From positions 51,929-115,928 of the IMG/VR virus record IMGVR_UViG_3300027792_000013: 64,000 nucleotides of DNA. One strand, 5' to 3'. The notes under the pieces were generated by a model. The model saw nothing but the letters and a program-made list of their open reading frames with translations. It searched no databases and had not been told where the DNA came from. Shown piece after piece: positions 1-10,266 of this stretch. The position numbers and the translations under genes are program-made. The stretch is from a virus. How positions within the stretch are numbered: the stretch's first letter is position 1; each line of letters opens with the position of its first letter.

Positions 1-137
1 AGCTTTGAAATCTTGTTGAAATCTTCATTAAATTCCGTAAGTTTGTTACCATTTGAATTCTCGTAGAGATTCAATAAATTGATGTCAATTTCAGTAGCAT
101 TTAACTTCTTTTTTAAACTAAATATTAGGTTTGACAT
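1..137 (-). CDS. Hypothetical protein, 5' part only (MSNLIFSLKKKLNATEIDINLL...), runs off the window
   Basis: ATG at 137 just after the gp41 stop; frame open to position 1. Confidence 0.55.
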   Translation of the reverse strand, partial: MSNLIFSLKKKLNATEIDINLLNLYENSNGNKLTEFNEDFNKISK

Positions 138-139
138 TT

Positions 140-1501
140 TTAACCATCAAAATTAAAGTCATATTTTTTTACTGTAGATTCTTTATTTGGTGATTGTGGT
201 AAATCAGCTGTAATGCCACCTTCAATATCATAATGGGTCATGTTATCATTATTTATACCAACCATGAATTTTCTTGTAGCTTTTTCAATACCAAACAATC
301 TATTTTTCAAAATTTTTATAACTAATTGATTTTCATCAATCATACTTTCGGTTCCTATAATTGCTGCCATTAAATCCGCGGTAGCATTTATACCAGCTGA
401 TTCTGCTACTGCACTTTGTAAAACATCCGTGGTATCCCATCCATTTCTATTCAATTGAGATGCGCTTAACATAATGGTATTGGTTTCGACACAAAGTTCT
501 CGTAATTCTTCACAAATACTTTTTATAAACAAATACATCCCCTGTTTAATTTCAACTTTAAACGATCTGATAATATTCAAATAATCTACAGTAATAATGT
601 CGGGTTTGAAGTTCTCTTTCAGTTCTAAATCTCGTAATAACACTCTAAAATTTTCTGTAGTTACCCCCCCGGTTGGGAACTCATGAATTTTTAGTTTTCC
701 ATATGATTTTTGTTTCAACCCATTTATTTTAAATTCATATTTATCTTTTTCAACTGTTTGAAATGAATTAATAGGCATTTCAAGTAAATTAGCATCAAAT
801 CTTTTTCTAACTGTAAACTCATCTAACTCCATTGTGAAATAAATTACATTTAATCCCTGTCGAATATAATTGGCGCTCAAATCAACTAAAAGTCTGGATT
901 TGCCCACATTCGGCATACCAAGAAAAATTATTAATTTTTTTCGTTCTAAACCACCTCCAGTGGCTCGATTAAATCCGCCCAAATTTGTAGGATATTTTGT
1001 GGCTTCGTTATGATAATAATCAAATGCTTTTTCTGAGTCTCTAAAATAATCATGTCCCTGTGGAATATTAAATCCAACTCTAAGAGCTTCTTGTAGTATT
1101 GTTGGAATGCTTTCAACCATTCCCTTTTTAGCTTTATCAAATATTCCTATGGAATCCAATAAGGCGTTATAGATTGCTCTTGTTCTGCACCAACCCTCAG
1201 CTTCCGTAACCAACCAATTTTCATCTATCTCTTCTGTTGGGGATTCCAACAATTGTAGTTTTGCCAGTATAGCATCTAGTTGAGACTGGCTCAAAGATTT
1301 ATCTTTTTCTTTAAAATATATCTTTAAAATTGTAAAACTTGGAGATTTTCGATATTGTCTAAAAAATGAAATAATGGCACTACAAACCTTTTGGTCTTCG
1401 AATGATTCAAAATATTTTGGTTCAATAAAATATAAGATTTTATCTCTAATATTTTGTTTACATAAAATATTTTTGAGGATTAAATCACTTAATAGCATCA
1501 T
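140..1501 (-). CDS. gp41: T4 gp41-like replicative DnaB-family helicase
   Basis: Walker A GMPNVGKS, FTMEL, VDYLNI, SASQLNR, AESAGINATAD, KILKNR motifs. Confidence 0.93.
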   Translation of the reverse strand: MMLLSDLILKNILCKQNIRDKILYFIEPKYFESFEDQKVCSAIISFFRQYRKSPSFTILKIYFKEKDKSLSQSQLDAILAKLQLLESPTEEIDENWLVTEAEGWCRTRAIYNALLDSIGIFDKAKKGMVESIPTILQEALRVGFNIPQGHDYFRDSEKAFDYYHNEATKYPTNLGGFNRATGGGLERKKLIIFLGMPNVGKSRLLVDLSANYIRQGLNVIYFTMELDEFTVRKRFDANLLEMPINSFQTVEKDKYEFKINGLKQKSYGKLKIHEFPTGGVTTENFRVLLRDLELKENFKPDIITVDYLNIIRSFKVEIKQGMYLFIKSICEELRELCVETNTIMLSASQLNRNGWDTTDVLQSAVAESAGINATADLMAAIIGTESMIDENQLVIKILKNRLFGIEKATRKFMVGINNDNMTHYDIEGGITADLPQSPNKESTVKKYDFNFDG

Positions 1502-1519
1502 GTATATTTTAAATGGTTT

Positions 1520-1852
1520 TTATTGAAAACTTATAGGAGATTTTTCAATATTTGGATATGACATAATCACTTTTGGTATTTCCTCTTCTAAATTTGTAGA
1601 CTTTAAAATTATTTTTTGAAGTTTTTTTGAAAGATACTCAAGAAATTCTTCTACAATTTTATCTTCGTATATACAATAAATTTTTAATTTATTAACAGTT
1701 GAATCATAAGTTATACCATGAAAAAATAGAAATATATCTCCAATTTTATACATTCTGTTTTCAGCATAAATAATGGATTCGGTTTTATTTGAAGGTTTGA
1801 AACTTGCGATCCACTTATCTATTTTATTCGTCTTCATTGTTTGATTCCGCAT
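1520..1852 (-). CDS. Hypothetical protein
   Basis: Fills the gap between uvsX and gp41 in the same orientation. Confidence 0.55.
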   Translation of the reverse strand: MRNQTMKTNKIDKWIASFKPSNKTESIIYAENRMYKIGDIFLFFHGITYDSTVNKLKIYCIYEDKIVEEFLEYLSKKLQKIILKSTNLEEEIPKVIMSYPNIEKSPISFQ

Positions 1853-3047
1853 CTATTACAGTTTCGTTATTAATTTGAGCTTCATCGGAATTTAAAACCT
1901 CTTCGGCTACATCCTTTCCCCCAATTTCGTTTAGTTTCTCCTCGTCAATCATATCCTGGATATTTTTTAATTCGTCTTCTGCCATTGATTTTTCTAATGC
2001 TTCATCAACTTGTTCTTTTCCATAAGAAAATACTATTTGAGCTTCTTTATCTAATAGATCTAAAATTTCCTTGGTAAAACAAACTTGGGGATTTTCGTCT
2101 ATCTCATTTGGGAAATATCTTTCTCCGTTGGGAAAAATAATTTTTCTGCCTTCCTTTTTCAATATTCCACTTTCGAGCCCCAAATCAGTTAGCCCATAAA
2201 ATCTATCAAGTCCTCTGGAAAATGATAGTCTCATTTGAATCGTTGAGTATTGTTTGGCTGAACTCCTAGTTTTTTCAGCTTTGGCAGTTAAAATCAGACC
2301 CGAAATTGTATTAGTAGCAGTTTTTTCAACTTTGGGAAATAAACAAACAATAAAACTACTGGCATAAGTTAATCCAGTACCACCACTAATATTGCTTTTA
2401 GTACTAAAAGGATTCGCTGGATTATCATAAGTGTGTGATGTAACAATCATCGGGAACTTTAAAAATCCCAACTCAATTGTTAGTAACCTGAAAATTCCTT
2501 TTACTAGCTTAGCTCTTAGTCCCATATCCATTTTATTTTTATCATCTAGACTATCTTTGATTTCTTTTTCGCTAACCATCATTCCTAAAGAATCTAAAAC
2601 GAATAGAAATCGAGGGTTTGGGTTATTCGGAGCCTTGTTTGCTTCCCTATCAGCCTTTATAATTTCCAGCATTTGCATTGTTTGATTTCGGTAATCCTCG
2701 ATTGATTTTACAGGGCTATGCAAAACTCTGTTGGAATCCAATCCCAATTCGATAATTGTCTTTTTTTCCAACGCATTTTCACTGTCACTGTAAATTACAT
2801 AATTGTTTGGGTCTAGATTTAACCAGCTTTTACAGATATGTAAACTTAAAAATGATTTTCCGCAGGAATAAGATCCAGCTAGTCCAACAATCCGATTTGT
2901 TGGGAATCCACCAAAAATAGAACCAGATAGTAGAGCATTGAACATATAACTTCCGGTATCAATTGTTTCAGTAATATCGCTTAACATTCCATCATAAGCG
3001 ATATTCGAAAAAGGATTAATTCTTTTGAGTTTCTTTAACAAATCCAT
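1824..3047 (-). CDS. uvsX: UvsX RecA-like recombinase with acidic C-terminal tail
   Basis: IDTGSYMFNALLSGSIFGG, Walker A GSYSCGKS, VLDSLG, SGGTGLTYASS. Confidence 0.93.
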   Translation of the reverse strand: MDLLKKLKRINPFSNIAYDGMLSDITETIDTGSYMFNALLSGSIFGGFPTNRIVGLAGSYSCGKSFLSLHICKSWLNLDPNNYVIYSDSENALEKKTIIELGLDSNRVLHSPVKSIEDYRNQTMQMLEIIKADREANKAPNNPNPRFLFVLDSLGMMVSEKEIKDSLDDKNKMDMGLRAKLVKGIFRLLTIELGFLKFPMIVTSHTYDNPANPFSTKSNISGGTGLTYASSFIVCLFPKVEKTATNTISGLILTAKAEKTRSSAKQYSTIQMRLSFSRGLDRFYGLTDLGLESGILKKEGRKIIFPNGERYFPNEIDENPQVCFTKEILDLLDKEAQIVFSYGKEQVDEALEKSMAEDELKNIQDMIDEEKLNEIGGKDVAEEVLNSDEAQINNETVIDAESNNEDE

Positions 3048-3049
3048 TG

Positions 3050-3535
3050 TTATTCTCCTTCTACATATAGATGCACTTTATTTGTTTTGCTAATTGTTAT
3101 TTTCAATGTGATTAAATCTTTATCTTTCCACAAAATTTCATCAAAGCTATGAAATAATTTCAATAGTTTTTTGAATTCAGTTTTTTGATAATTAATTGAC
3201 AAATCAAATGATATTATTTTTTTTTCACTCAATCTTTTTAACTTGTCAATCCAATTTTGTTTGTTTTTAAGTCTCCACTTAATCAAATATTCTGGATGTT
3301 TCTTTCTGTAATTCATAGTTCTTAGTATTATTTTCTCTCTATTTTCCTGATAATATTGTTTCTGTTTATTTCTAATAGAATCTTTGTTTTGTAAGTAATT
3401 TTTTCTAGCATATTTTTTTTGATATCCCTTTACTTTATCTTTATTTGTTTTTGCCCACTTCTTTGTATATTTGTTTATCGCTTCTCTATTTTTATGGACC
3501 CGCTTATGCTTTTTTAATTTTTGTTTGTCTTCCAA
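3050..3535 (-). CDS. Very basic helical protein resembling the N-terminal arm of phage HNH endonucleases; no nuclease motif seen
   Basis: K/R/Y-rich repeats (KKYARKNY, KQYYQENREK); TTG start with AGAGG RBS. Confidence 0.5.
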   Translation of the reverse strand: MEDKQKLKKHKRVHKNREAINKYTKKWAKTNKDKVKGYQKKYARKNYLQNKDSIRNKQKQYYQENREKIILRTMNYRKKHPEYLIKWRLKNKQNWIDKLKRLSEKKIISFDLSINYQKTEFKKLLKLFHSFDEILWKDKDLITLKITISKTNKVHLYVEGE

Positions 3536-3546
3536 TTGTCACCTCT

Positions 3547-6117
3547 TTAAAACATAGTTTTCAATGAAATTTTTTCGGGATTAAAAAATTTGTCATGAAT
3601 TGTCCAACCACATACTTTTCCTAAGTTATCTAAAGGATGTAAAAACGTTTTTTCGAATTGAGTTTCATAATCTATAGATTGGTCTAAACCCAACTCGGGA
3701 GGTAGAATAGTTAAAAACGCTATTACATTTTCCCCAATTTTGTTTGGAGTTTTAAGATAAATAAATTTAATTTTGGTTTTTTCCTGAATTAATCTATATT
3801 TCCCCAATAGGTTTAATTTTTTAATCCAGTAATTATATAATAGAGATCCTCTGACATGAATGGGGGTTGCTTTGGCATAAATATTTACATCGTCTCCATA
3901 TTTTTTTAATCCTTGAACAGATCTTGGAAATGCGATTTCATCTGGTTTCATTTTATCATATTCTTCCCAAAACTTCTTTATGCCAGACATTATTTTTTCC
4001 TCTGATTTCAGAAAAATATCATTCACAATTTCCTTTAATTTTGTTCTGATGACCTGCGGGGTGGAAGATCTGACAATTTCAATTCCGGTAACTTTTAATG
4101 TTGGGGGATCACAAATTATATCTTCGTCAATATATTTCTGAATAATATATTTCTTTTTGGCTACAAAAAGACCTTTTCCAACAACCTCTTGTTTCATAAC
4201 AAGAGATTTTTTATAGACATTCAATATCGAATAAATCTCTTCAATTGCTTTTTCAATATATTTCGACACTTTTTTGTCACCAAATTCTTTTACAAATTTA
4301 GCGATTTCAGTATCTGACAATCCCGGTGATAATTTATTTGTCAATTTTGAACAAGAAATATATTCGGAATCTGTATCACAATAAACAACATCGATATGAT
4401 CCTTTAAATTAGCTTTCAAATATTCCTCAATAAACCGAACTACATATTGACCTGTACATGTAATAGCCGAAGCAATTCTAATATCAAAATATCTAAATTT
4501 TTCATTTGCAAATGCTCCGTATCCGCTATTTAATAGAATTTTCAAAGCCTGTTGTTTCAAATCCAGACTTTTATATAGAGATGTTTTACTTTTTGCGGAT
4601 TTCATTTTCTTTTTGGTTTCTACTCGATCATTGTAAATGGTCTCCATAATATCACCAAAAATAGACGATTGATCTTTTCTATAAAATTGTAAATTTGCTG
4701 TCATTGTTAAATTCTTTTCTTGTAAAATTGAAGTATCAACTTTTCTGAAAATCAAATTGTCCAATATAGAATTATCGTCTTTTTTTGTTTCATCATAAAA
4801 ACAAGCTAAAGAATCTATTCCAGGATTGTTAGGAAAAATTTTTGAAATCAAATCTTTTCTTGTATCCTCATCTGTTATTAGAGTCTGAGGAGAGATATTG
4901 CAATCAATAATAACATTTGGATACTCAGAATTTACATCGTATGAAATTACCCAATCATGAAACCCAATTTGTGGTTCTCTGACATATCCACCGGGATATT
5001 CTTCCTTTCTTGAATCTTTTTTAAAAGGCGGAACTATAAGATTTCGTTTTTTCTGCTCATTGTAAACAATCACGTCCCAGACCTTTACGGCTGAAAAAAT
5101 ATCACAAAAAAGAACTTTGGCAGTATAAGCAATTGTTGTAGCTAAATTCAATAACTGTAATTTTTCTTCCAAAAGATAAACTAATTCAACATCATAGATA
5201 TTATATTCGACAAACTTTTGTTTGTCATTTAAATAGAATTCATCTAAAGAATCTTCGTCAAACTTAACTTTTTCTTTGTTAAGTTCGACTTGTGAAATAT
5301 GCGATAATGAATATGATTCCCTTGTTGTTGGTACATACTTTTTGTATAGATCCAAATAGTCTAAAATAGGAATATGAAAATCCCAATGAGACAATCGACT
5401 TCCATTCACAAAAGATTCAATGGGATTGACATGCCCAATAGGACTCAAATCGTTTAAAACATTTGATCCAATTACTTTGCAAATCCGGTTGGTTAAATAT
5501 GGGATATCAAAATATTGGACATTCCACCCGGTAATAATATCCGGAGACAAAGATTTTATGACGTGAATAAATAACTCCAAAAGTTCCCTTTCAGTTGTGA
5601 CTTGTTTGAATTGAATTTTTTCTTTATCTATGTCTAATTGACATTTTGAAGTTTCAAAGGGGCAAGTACTTAAAACAAAAAATGATTTCGTTATACTATC
5701 TTTTATAGTAATCGAAGTAACCGGATATAATGCATCCTGTGGTTCAGCAAAACCTTGACTATTTGAAAAAACTTCGATATCAATATAAACAGTTTTGATA
5801 AAATCTAGATTCCAAAATACTGATTGTTCTTCTCCCCATCTTGAATTAATAAATTGATATACTGGCGAAATTTCCCCATATAATGGAACATCTAGTTGTT
5901 TTTGATCATTTTTAAAATTATGATATTCTTTGATCGATAAACTATGTTTTTTCAAAAATTTATTATCAGTCCCTATATATTCAGTGGGTATTTGTGCCAA
6001 AGTATAGATTTCCGGATAAAAAATAACATCTCGTTTAAATTTCTTACCGGTTTCATTGTAACCAATACAACATAAACTGTTACCGTTTGAAATCACATTT
6101 GTGTAAAATTCTTTCAT
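3547..6117 (-). CDS. gp43: Family B DNA polymerase (T4 gp43-like)
   Basis: ExoI DIEV, ExoII GWNVQYFDIPY, ExoIII YNIYDV, motif A DVNSEYP, motif B KILLNSGYG, motif C YCDTDS, KKKY. Confidence 0.96.
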   Translation of the reverse strand: MKEFYTNVISNGNSLCCIGYNETGKKFKRDVIFYPEIYTLAQIPTEYIGTDNKFLKKHSLSIKEYHNFKNDQKQLDVPLYGEISPVYQFINSRWGEEQSVFWNLDFIKTVYIDIEVFSNSQGFAEPQDALYPVTSITIKDSITKSFFVLSTCPFETSKCQLDIDKEKIQFKQVTTERELLELFIHVIKSLSPDIITGWNVQYFDIPYLTNRICKVIGSNVLNDLSPIGHVNPIESFVNGSRLSHWDFHIPILDYLDLYKKYVPTTRESYSLSHISQVELNKEKVKFDEDSLDEFYLNDKQKFVEYNIYDVELVYLLEEKLQLLNLATTIAYTAKVLFCDIFSAVKVWDVIVYNEQKKRNLIVPPFKKDSRKEEYPGGYVREPQIGFHDWVISYDVNSEYPNVIIDCNISPQTLITDEDTRKDLISKIFPNNPGIDSLACFYDETKKDDNSILDNLIFRKVDTSILQEKNLTMTANLQFYRKDQSSIFGDIMETIYNDRVETKKKMKSAKSKTSLYKSLDLKQQALKILLNSGYGAFANEKFRYFDIRIASAITCTGQYVVRFIEEYLKANLKDHIDVVYCDTDSEYISCSKLTNKLSPGLSDTEIAKFVKEFGDKKVSKYIEKAIEEIYSILNVYKKSLVMKQEVVGKGLFVAKKKYIIQKYIDEDIICDPPTLKVTGIEIVRSSTPQVIRTKLKEIVNDIFLKSEEKIMSGIKKFWEEYDKMKPDEIAFPRSVQGLKKYGDDVNIYAKATPIHVRGSLLYNYWIKKLNLLGKYRLIQEKTKIKFIYLKTPNKIGENVIAFLTILPPELGLDQSIDYETQFEKTFLHPLDNLGKVCGWTIHDKFFNPEKISLKTMF

Positions 6118-7325
6118 TCAAATATTTCCTTTAGATCATGTTTAATTGTATCTTCTTCAAATTTGTTAAAAACCATTCCACTTTTAATTAACTCGTCAAG
6201 TTTTTTTCCTTTTGGTAAATCAAATATTTTGTCAATTAATGTAAAAATAAAAATATCATTTCGAGGAAAAATGTCTCTTATAATTTCTTTTGAATTCAAG
6301 AAAAGTATATTTTCTAACTCAGTTTTATCTTTTATAAAGTGATACAAATTATGCAAGGATAAAAAACTATAAAAACGTGTCGTAAATGCCTGATTTTTTT
6401 CGTTAAATTCTTGATATATATGTCGCCAAGTTAAACCTTCACAAACTGGACAATCACAAGGTAGTGGAATATCTAAATTAAGATGGTCAATTGAATCTAT
6501 CTGTTTTGTTATAGTTAATTTGCTCGATTTAAAAATAGAAGTTTTGTAAGACCCGAATGCCGATGATAATATAGGTGATGATGAATCGTATGAAATTTTG
6601 CATTTATACCCTAATTGATTTAGTTTATGTTGAAAATAAATCAACATGCGCATAATTTGATATGATGTTGCTCCAAAAATATGAAAAATTTTTCCTTTGC
6701 TGTTAAATCTATCAAATTCCCCGGATTCTAAAAACATAATAAGAGCATACAAAGTTAAAAATATATTTCGTGATACAGATCCAATCGCCCACCCACCACT
6801 AAAATTAAAATCCTTGACTTTCTGATACCACGTAATCAATTGATCGATGCTTCTTCCTTGTAAAACATTCATAAATTTTGTTTTGTTACTTTGATGAGTT
6901 TCAAACCATTGAAAATTAGAAAATGACATTTCTAAACATTCTTCAAATGTTTTTCTTCTGTTTCCTTTACTAGATGATATAAATGGTGGTATATCCAAAT
7001 TTGGAGAGTAATTGGTATTTTCTTCTAACCAATCAAATATTTTTTCTCTAATCTCATCAGAATATTCTAAGTAGTCCGTAGTTATTTGATATCCACCAGA
7101 ATCTCCCATCACTAATGTTTTAGTTAAGTCAATTTTTAATATTTCCTTAACCAAATTTGGTTTTTTATAATTATGTCCGGCCGAAAACATAATTTTGTCA
7201 TAATGAAAAATAGAATTTTCTTTATTGAAAAATCGCATAGACTTTTCTTTTATTAATTTATCAGTAATCATTTCATCATATAAACATCCTGTCGATATTG
7301 CTGGAATATATAAAGTTCTATTCAT
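6114..7325 (-). CDS. dpdA: TGT-fold guanine transglycosylase (DpdA-like 7-deazaguanine insertion enzyme)
   Basis: GDSGGYQ, NLDIP, VLQG, WAIGS, HIFG, YDSSS, Zn site CDCPVC...HNL; adjacent to folE/queD/queE cluster. Confidence 0.85.
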   Translation of the reverse strand: MNRTLYIPAISTGCLYDEMITDKLIKEKSMRFFNKENSIFHYDKIMFSAGHNYKKPNLVKEILKIDLTKTLVMGDSGGYQITTDYLEYSDEIREKIFDWLEENTNYSPNLDIPPFISSSKGNRRKTFEECLEMSFSNFQWFETHQSNKTKFMNVLQGRSIDQLITWYQKVKDFNFSGGWAIGSVSRNIFLTLYALIMFLESGEFDRFNSKGKIFHIFGATSYQIMRMLIYFQHKLNQLGYKCKISYDSSSPILSSAFGSYKTSIFKSSKLTITKQIDSIDHLNLDIPLPCDCPVCEGLTWRHIYQEFNEKNQAFTTRFYSFLSLHNLYHFIKDKTELENILFLNSKEIIRDIFPRNDIFIFTLIDKIFDLPKGKKLDELIKSGMVFNKFEEDTIKHDLKEIFE

Positions 7326-7348
7326 TTAATGACCTACCTTATTTAATT

Positions 7349-7376
7349 ATTATACCAAAAAACTTAAAAAAACTTT
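7349..7376 (-). promoter_or_regulatory. AAGTT-N16-TATAAT promoter upstream of dpdA-gp43-uvsX-gp41
   Basis: Minus strand AAAGTT tttttaagttttttgg TATAAT; same architecture recurs elsewhere in the window. Confidence 0.7.
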
Positions 7377-7403
7377 CTTTTTTTAGTAGAAAAATATATG
7401 TTT

Positions 7404-8423
7404 TCATATATACTCCTTGATTTTTTCAAACCCAACAAATTTATTAATCAATATTTGTCTTTGTATTTTTAATAATTCATCCAATTTATTTTTATTCATT
7501 GAGTTAATTTGTTTGACAAAATGCAAAAACGTTTTAATTATTTCATTGTCGGATAAGAGATTCTCATATTTAAATTCTGATATATACATTTCTTCGTAAG
7601 ACAATCGATTTGGAATAAATGGAACCACATCTAAAAATACTCCCTCAACAGCACTTATACCAAATGTTTCTTGAAGATTGGCACTAAATAAAAATTTACT
7701 ACTCGTTAGTAATTTATAATAATCTTTTTTTGTTTTGCATTCTTCTAAACTAACAACAAAAGACATGTCTTTTATTTCATTTTTCATTCTCCTAAATAAG
7801 TCAATTCTTTTTTCCACTGATAGTCTATGTGGAAAAATTACCTGATTTTTCTTTAAATCACGATCCATTTTATACTTATTTAAATAATCTATTTTGTATG
7901 GAAATCCAACTACTTTTATTTTGTCTTTATATGTATTCCCAAAATTATTTATGATCATTTTTTTATGAAAATCAGTTGTAACAAAAGATATGTCGGAACA
8001 ATCTAATAAACTTTTTTCAAATCCATTGAAATACTTATTTGCACCAACTAATCCTAATAAATCATATGGATCATAACTTCCAGCATGCCAATAAGAATAG
8101 ATTTTAATATTAATTCCACTTAAAAGTGACATATATTTTACTGCTATAATCCCATAATGCCAGGCATCATAAAACAAAAATTTATCATTTGGTTTAATTA
8201 ATTTTTTATTGAATAAATCTGCCATTTTACTAATTTGTTCTGATTTCCACTTATTAGTATTAAAAATATCTAAAAAATTTTTGTTATTACTTATACCAGA
8301 TCTAGTTTTTCCGTCTATTTCAATCGAGTCCGGAAATTCTTCTTTAAACCATACTTTCCACTGTTTTGTATATCTTGTCTCTAATGGTTCCAATGTAACT
8401 AAATATAGCATATTAACCTCCAT
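7404..8423 (-). CDS. GT-B (GT4-like) glycosyltransferase
   Basis: FPHRLSVEKR and LQETFGISAVEG (ExFGxxxxE) donor-binding motifs; HAGSYDPYD. Confidence 0.8.
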   Translation of the reverse strand: MEVNMLYLVTLEPLETRYTKQWKVWFKEEFPDSIEIDGKTRSGISNNKNFLDIFNTNKWKSEQISKMADLFNKKLIKPNDKFLFYDAWHYGIIAVKYMSLLSGINIKIYSYWHAGSYDPYDLLGLVGANKYFNGFEKSLLDCSDISFVTTDFHKKMIINNFGNTYKDKIKVVGFPYKIDYLNKYKMDRDLKKNQVIFPHRLSVEKRIDLFRRMKNEIKDMSFVVSLEECKTKKDYYKLLTSSKFLFSANLQETFGISAVEGVFLDVVPFIPNRLSYEEMYISEFKYENLLSDNEIIKTFLHFVKQINSMNKNKLDELLKIQRQILINKFVGFEKIKEYI

Positions 8424-8431
8424 AATCTATT

Positions 8432-9163
8432 TTAATATATATATTCAATATCTTTAATAGACCAACCATCTTTTTTTAAAGAAATTCCATAATTATTTAC
8501 TTTTTTACTCCAAGCCAATTCAGATACCCACTTTTTTTCTGAATAACTATATCTAAGATGGTAAATACTATCATTACAAAATATATAGTGAGGTTTTATT
8601 TTTTTATGTTTGAAAATTAAATCAGAAAAAACAAACCAATCTATTGTTTTTTTAGTATTTAATAATTTTTTTAAAATAACAGTATCTTCTATAAAAGTAT
8701 CATATTTTTGTAAATAACAACATCCCAACATTGAAAGATAAATATCATCATTTACAAACATCGGTGCTTTTCTGATTCCTATATCAACTCTATTTTCTAT
8801 AAATGACATATAGACTATGTTTTTATTTTCCACAAATTTTAAAATGTTTTGAATAACTTTTTCATTAAAAATAAAATCATCGTCAAAAATAAAGTAGTTT
8901 TTACGATTTAAATTATTCATATATTTAAGCATGTAATAAGTAGTTTTATTTATATTGCCACCACCTAATCCTGAAAATATATTCCACTTTTTTATCATCA
9001 ATACTTCGAGTAACTTTTTCTGAAACCCAGTTAAGTCATTTTCCCCATCTTTGATTACTAACAAATTACCAACAGTATTAAATGTTGATAGTACTGTTAA
9101 AAAAGCAGTAAAACATTCATACCCAAGAGTTCTTACCACAATTGTAAAATTTTTTTCTTTCAT
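8432..9163 (-). CDS. Putative GT-A fold glycosyltransferase-like protein
   Basis: YFIFDDDFIF DxD motif after an N-terminal beta strand; cluster context. Confidence 0.45.
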   Translation of the reverse strand: MKEKNFTIVVRTLGYECFTAFLTVLSTFNTVGNLLVIKDGENDLTGFQKKLLEVLMIKKWNIFSGLGGGNINKTTYYMLKYMNNLNRKNYFIFDDDFIFNEKVIQNILKFVENKNIVYMSFIENRVDIGIRKAPMFVNDDIYLSMLGCCYLQKYDTFIEDTVILKKLLNTKKTIDWFVFSDLIFKHKKIKPHYIFCNDSIYHLRYSYSEKKWVSELAWSKKVNNYGISLKKDGWSIKDIEYIY

Positions 9164-9169
9164 ATTTAT

Positions 9170-9799
9170 TTACATAAAAAGATTAAACACTTTATCATTT
9201 TTAAACCATAATCTTTCACAAAAAAGATTGTTTTTATGTAAATAAAAATACAAGCTATTTATTAAAGAAATATCAATCTGTGATTTATATAACATAACCA
9301 ATCTTATTTTATCAAAAATATCTATATTAATAAATGCATGATTAAAATTATTATTTTTTAAAAAATCATTGGTTTTAAATTGTACATTATCGGCATATGG
9401 TAAATCCTCATAAAAAATTAATTTATCATCGGGTAATATATTTTTAAAAGTTTCAAAGCATATAACATGATCTATATGTTCTTCAATTGATAATGGCAAG
9501 AAAACGAAATCATACCAACATAAATTTATTTTAACATCTATGTTTATTTTTAATTTCGAACGTAACTTAGAATCTAAAAAATTTAAGTGAATATAATTTG
9601 CATTTACATGTTTACAGAAACTTTTGTCTTCTTGTAATCTTGTATTATATGGATTTTCCGATTTTATATTTTCATTTAATAGATAATTACTTTTATTAAA
9701 AACCGTTAAAATAGTTTTTTTACCTATTATTCTTTGTATAGATCCACCAATAGAAAAAGCAATATCATCGAAATGTGGTTGAACAAATAATATCTTCAT
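9170..9799 (-). CDS. PIG-L/LmbE family N-acetylhexosamine deacetylase
   Basis: QPHFDDIAFSIGG, RLQED, HIDH, YEDLPY, YKSQ motifs. Confidence 0.88.
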   Translation of the reverse strand: MKILFVQPHFDDIAFSIGGSIQRIIGKKTILTVFNKSNYLLNENIKSENPYNTRLQEDKSFCKHVNANYIHLNFLDSKLRSKLKINIDVKINLCWYDFVFLPLSIEEHIDHVICFETFKNILPDDKLIFYEDLPYADNVQFKTNDFLKNNNFNHAFINIDIFDKIRLVMLYKSQIDISLINSLYFYLHKNNLFCERLWFKNDKVFNLFM

Positions 9800-10266
9800 T
9801 TTTTGTAATCTACCATATATTTTTCCCAGTCATTATAACTAAAAGAATCTGAAATAAATATACCATCAATTGATTCTATTTTTAAAGATACTTGATTTAT
9901 ATTACTCAAAGTCAGATTATTAGTTTTTAAAGTAAATATTTTATGAATGTAGTGATTTGATAATATATAAGCCGGTATCTTAAAAATTTCATCTATTTCA
10001 TATTCAGCAACAATGATATATTTATTTACATCTATTGTTGATAAAAATTCAAATAATTCTTTATTGTCTATTTTTGATTGATTACATGCTCCAAAATAAA
10101 TCCTTTTAATATCCACATCTTTTTCTAGTATATTTTTAATTTCATTTAGAGAAAAAGATCCTTTGACAAATAAAGTTTTGATTTTATCTTTTTCTATCCC
10201 TTCAACTTCTACCGATACAAAATAAGGTTTATCTAACATTTTTTTTCTCACTTTCACCATGATCAT
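9796..10266 (-). CDS. Hypothetical protein in the modification cluster
   Basis: VEVEG..TLFV..IYFGACNQS; overlaps both neighbouring genes. Confidence 0.6.
   Translation of the reverse strand: MIMVKVRKKMLDKPYFVSVEVEGIEKDKIKTLFVKGSFSLNEIKNILEKDVDIKRIYFGACNQSKIDNKELFEFLSTIDVNKYIIVAEYEIDEIFKIPAYILSNHYIHKIFTLKTNNLTLSNINQVSLKIESIDGIFISDSFSYNDWEKYMVDYKK

Noticed and set aside
3050-3535. Homing endonuclease between gp43 and uvsX
   Set aside because: Only the basic helical arm is present; no HNH, GIY-YIG or other nuclease motif seen
6114-7325. Ordinary tRNA-guanine transglycosylase for host queuosine synthesis
   Set aside because: No queC/queF/queA in the window, and coupling to the DNA polymerase favours a DNA-acting DpdA; tRNA activity is not formally excluded
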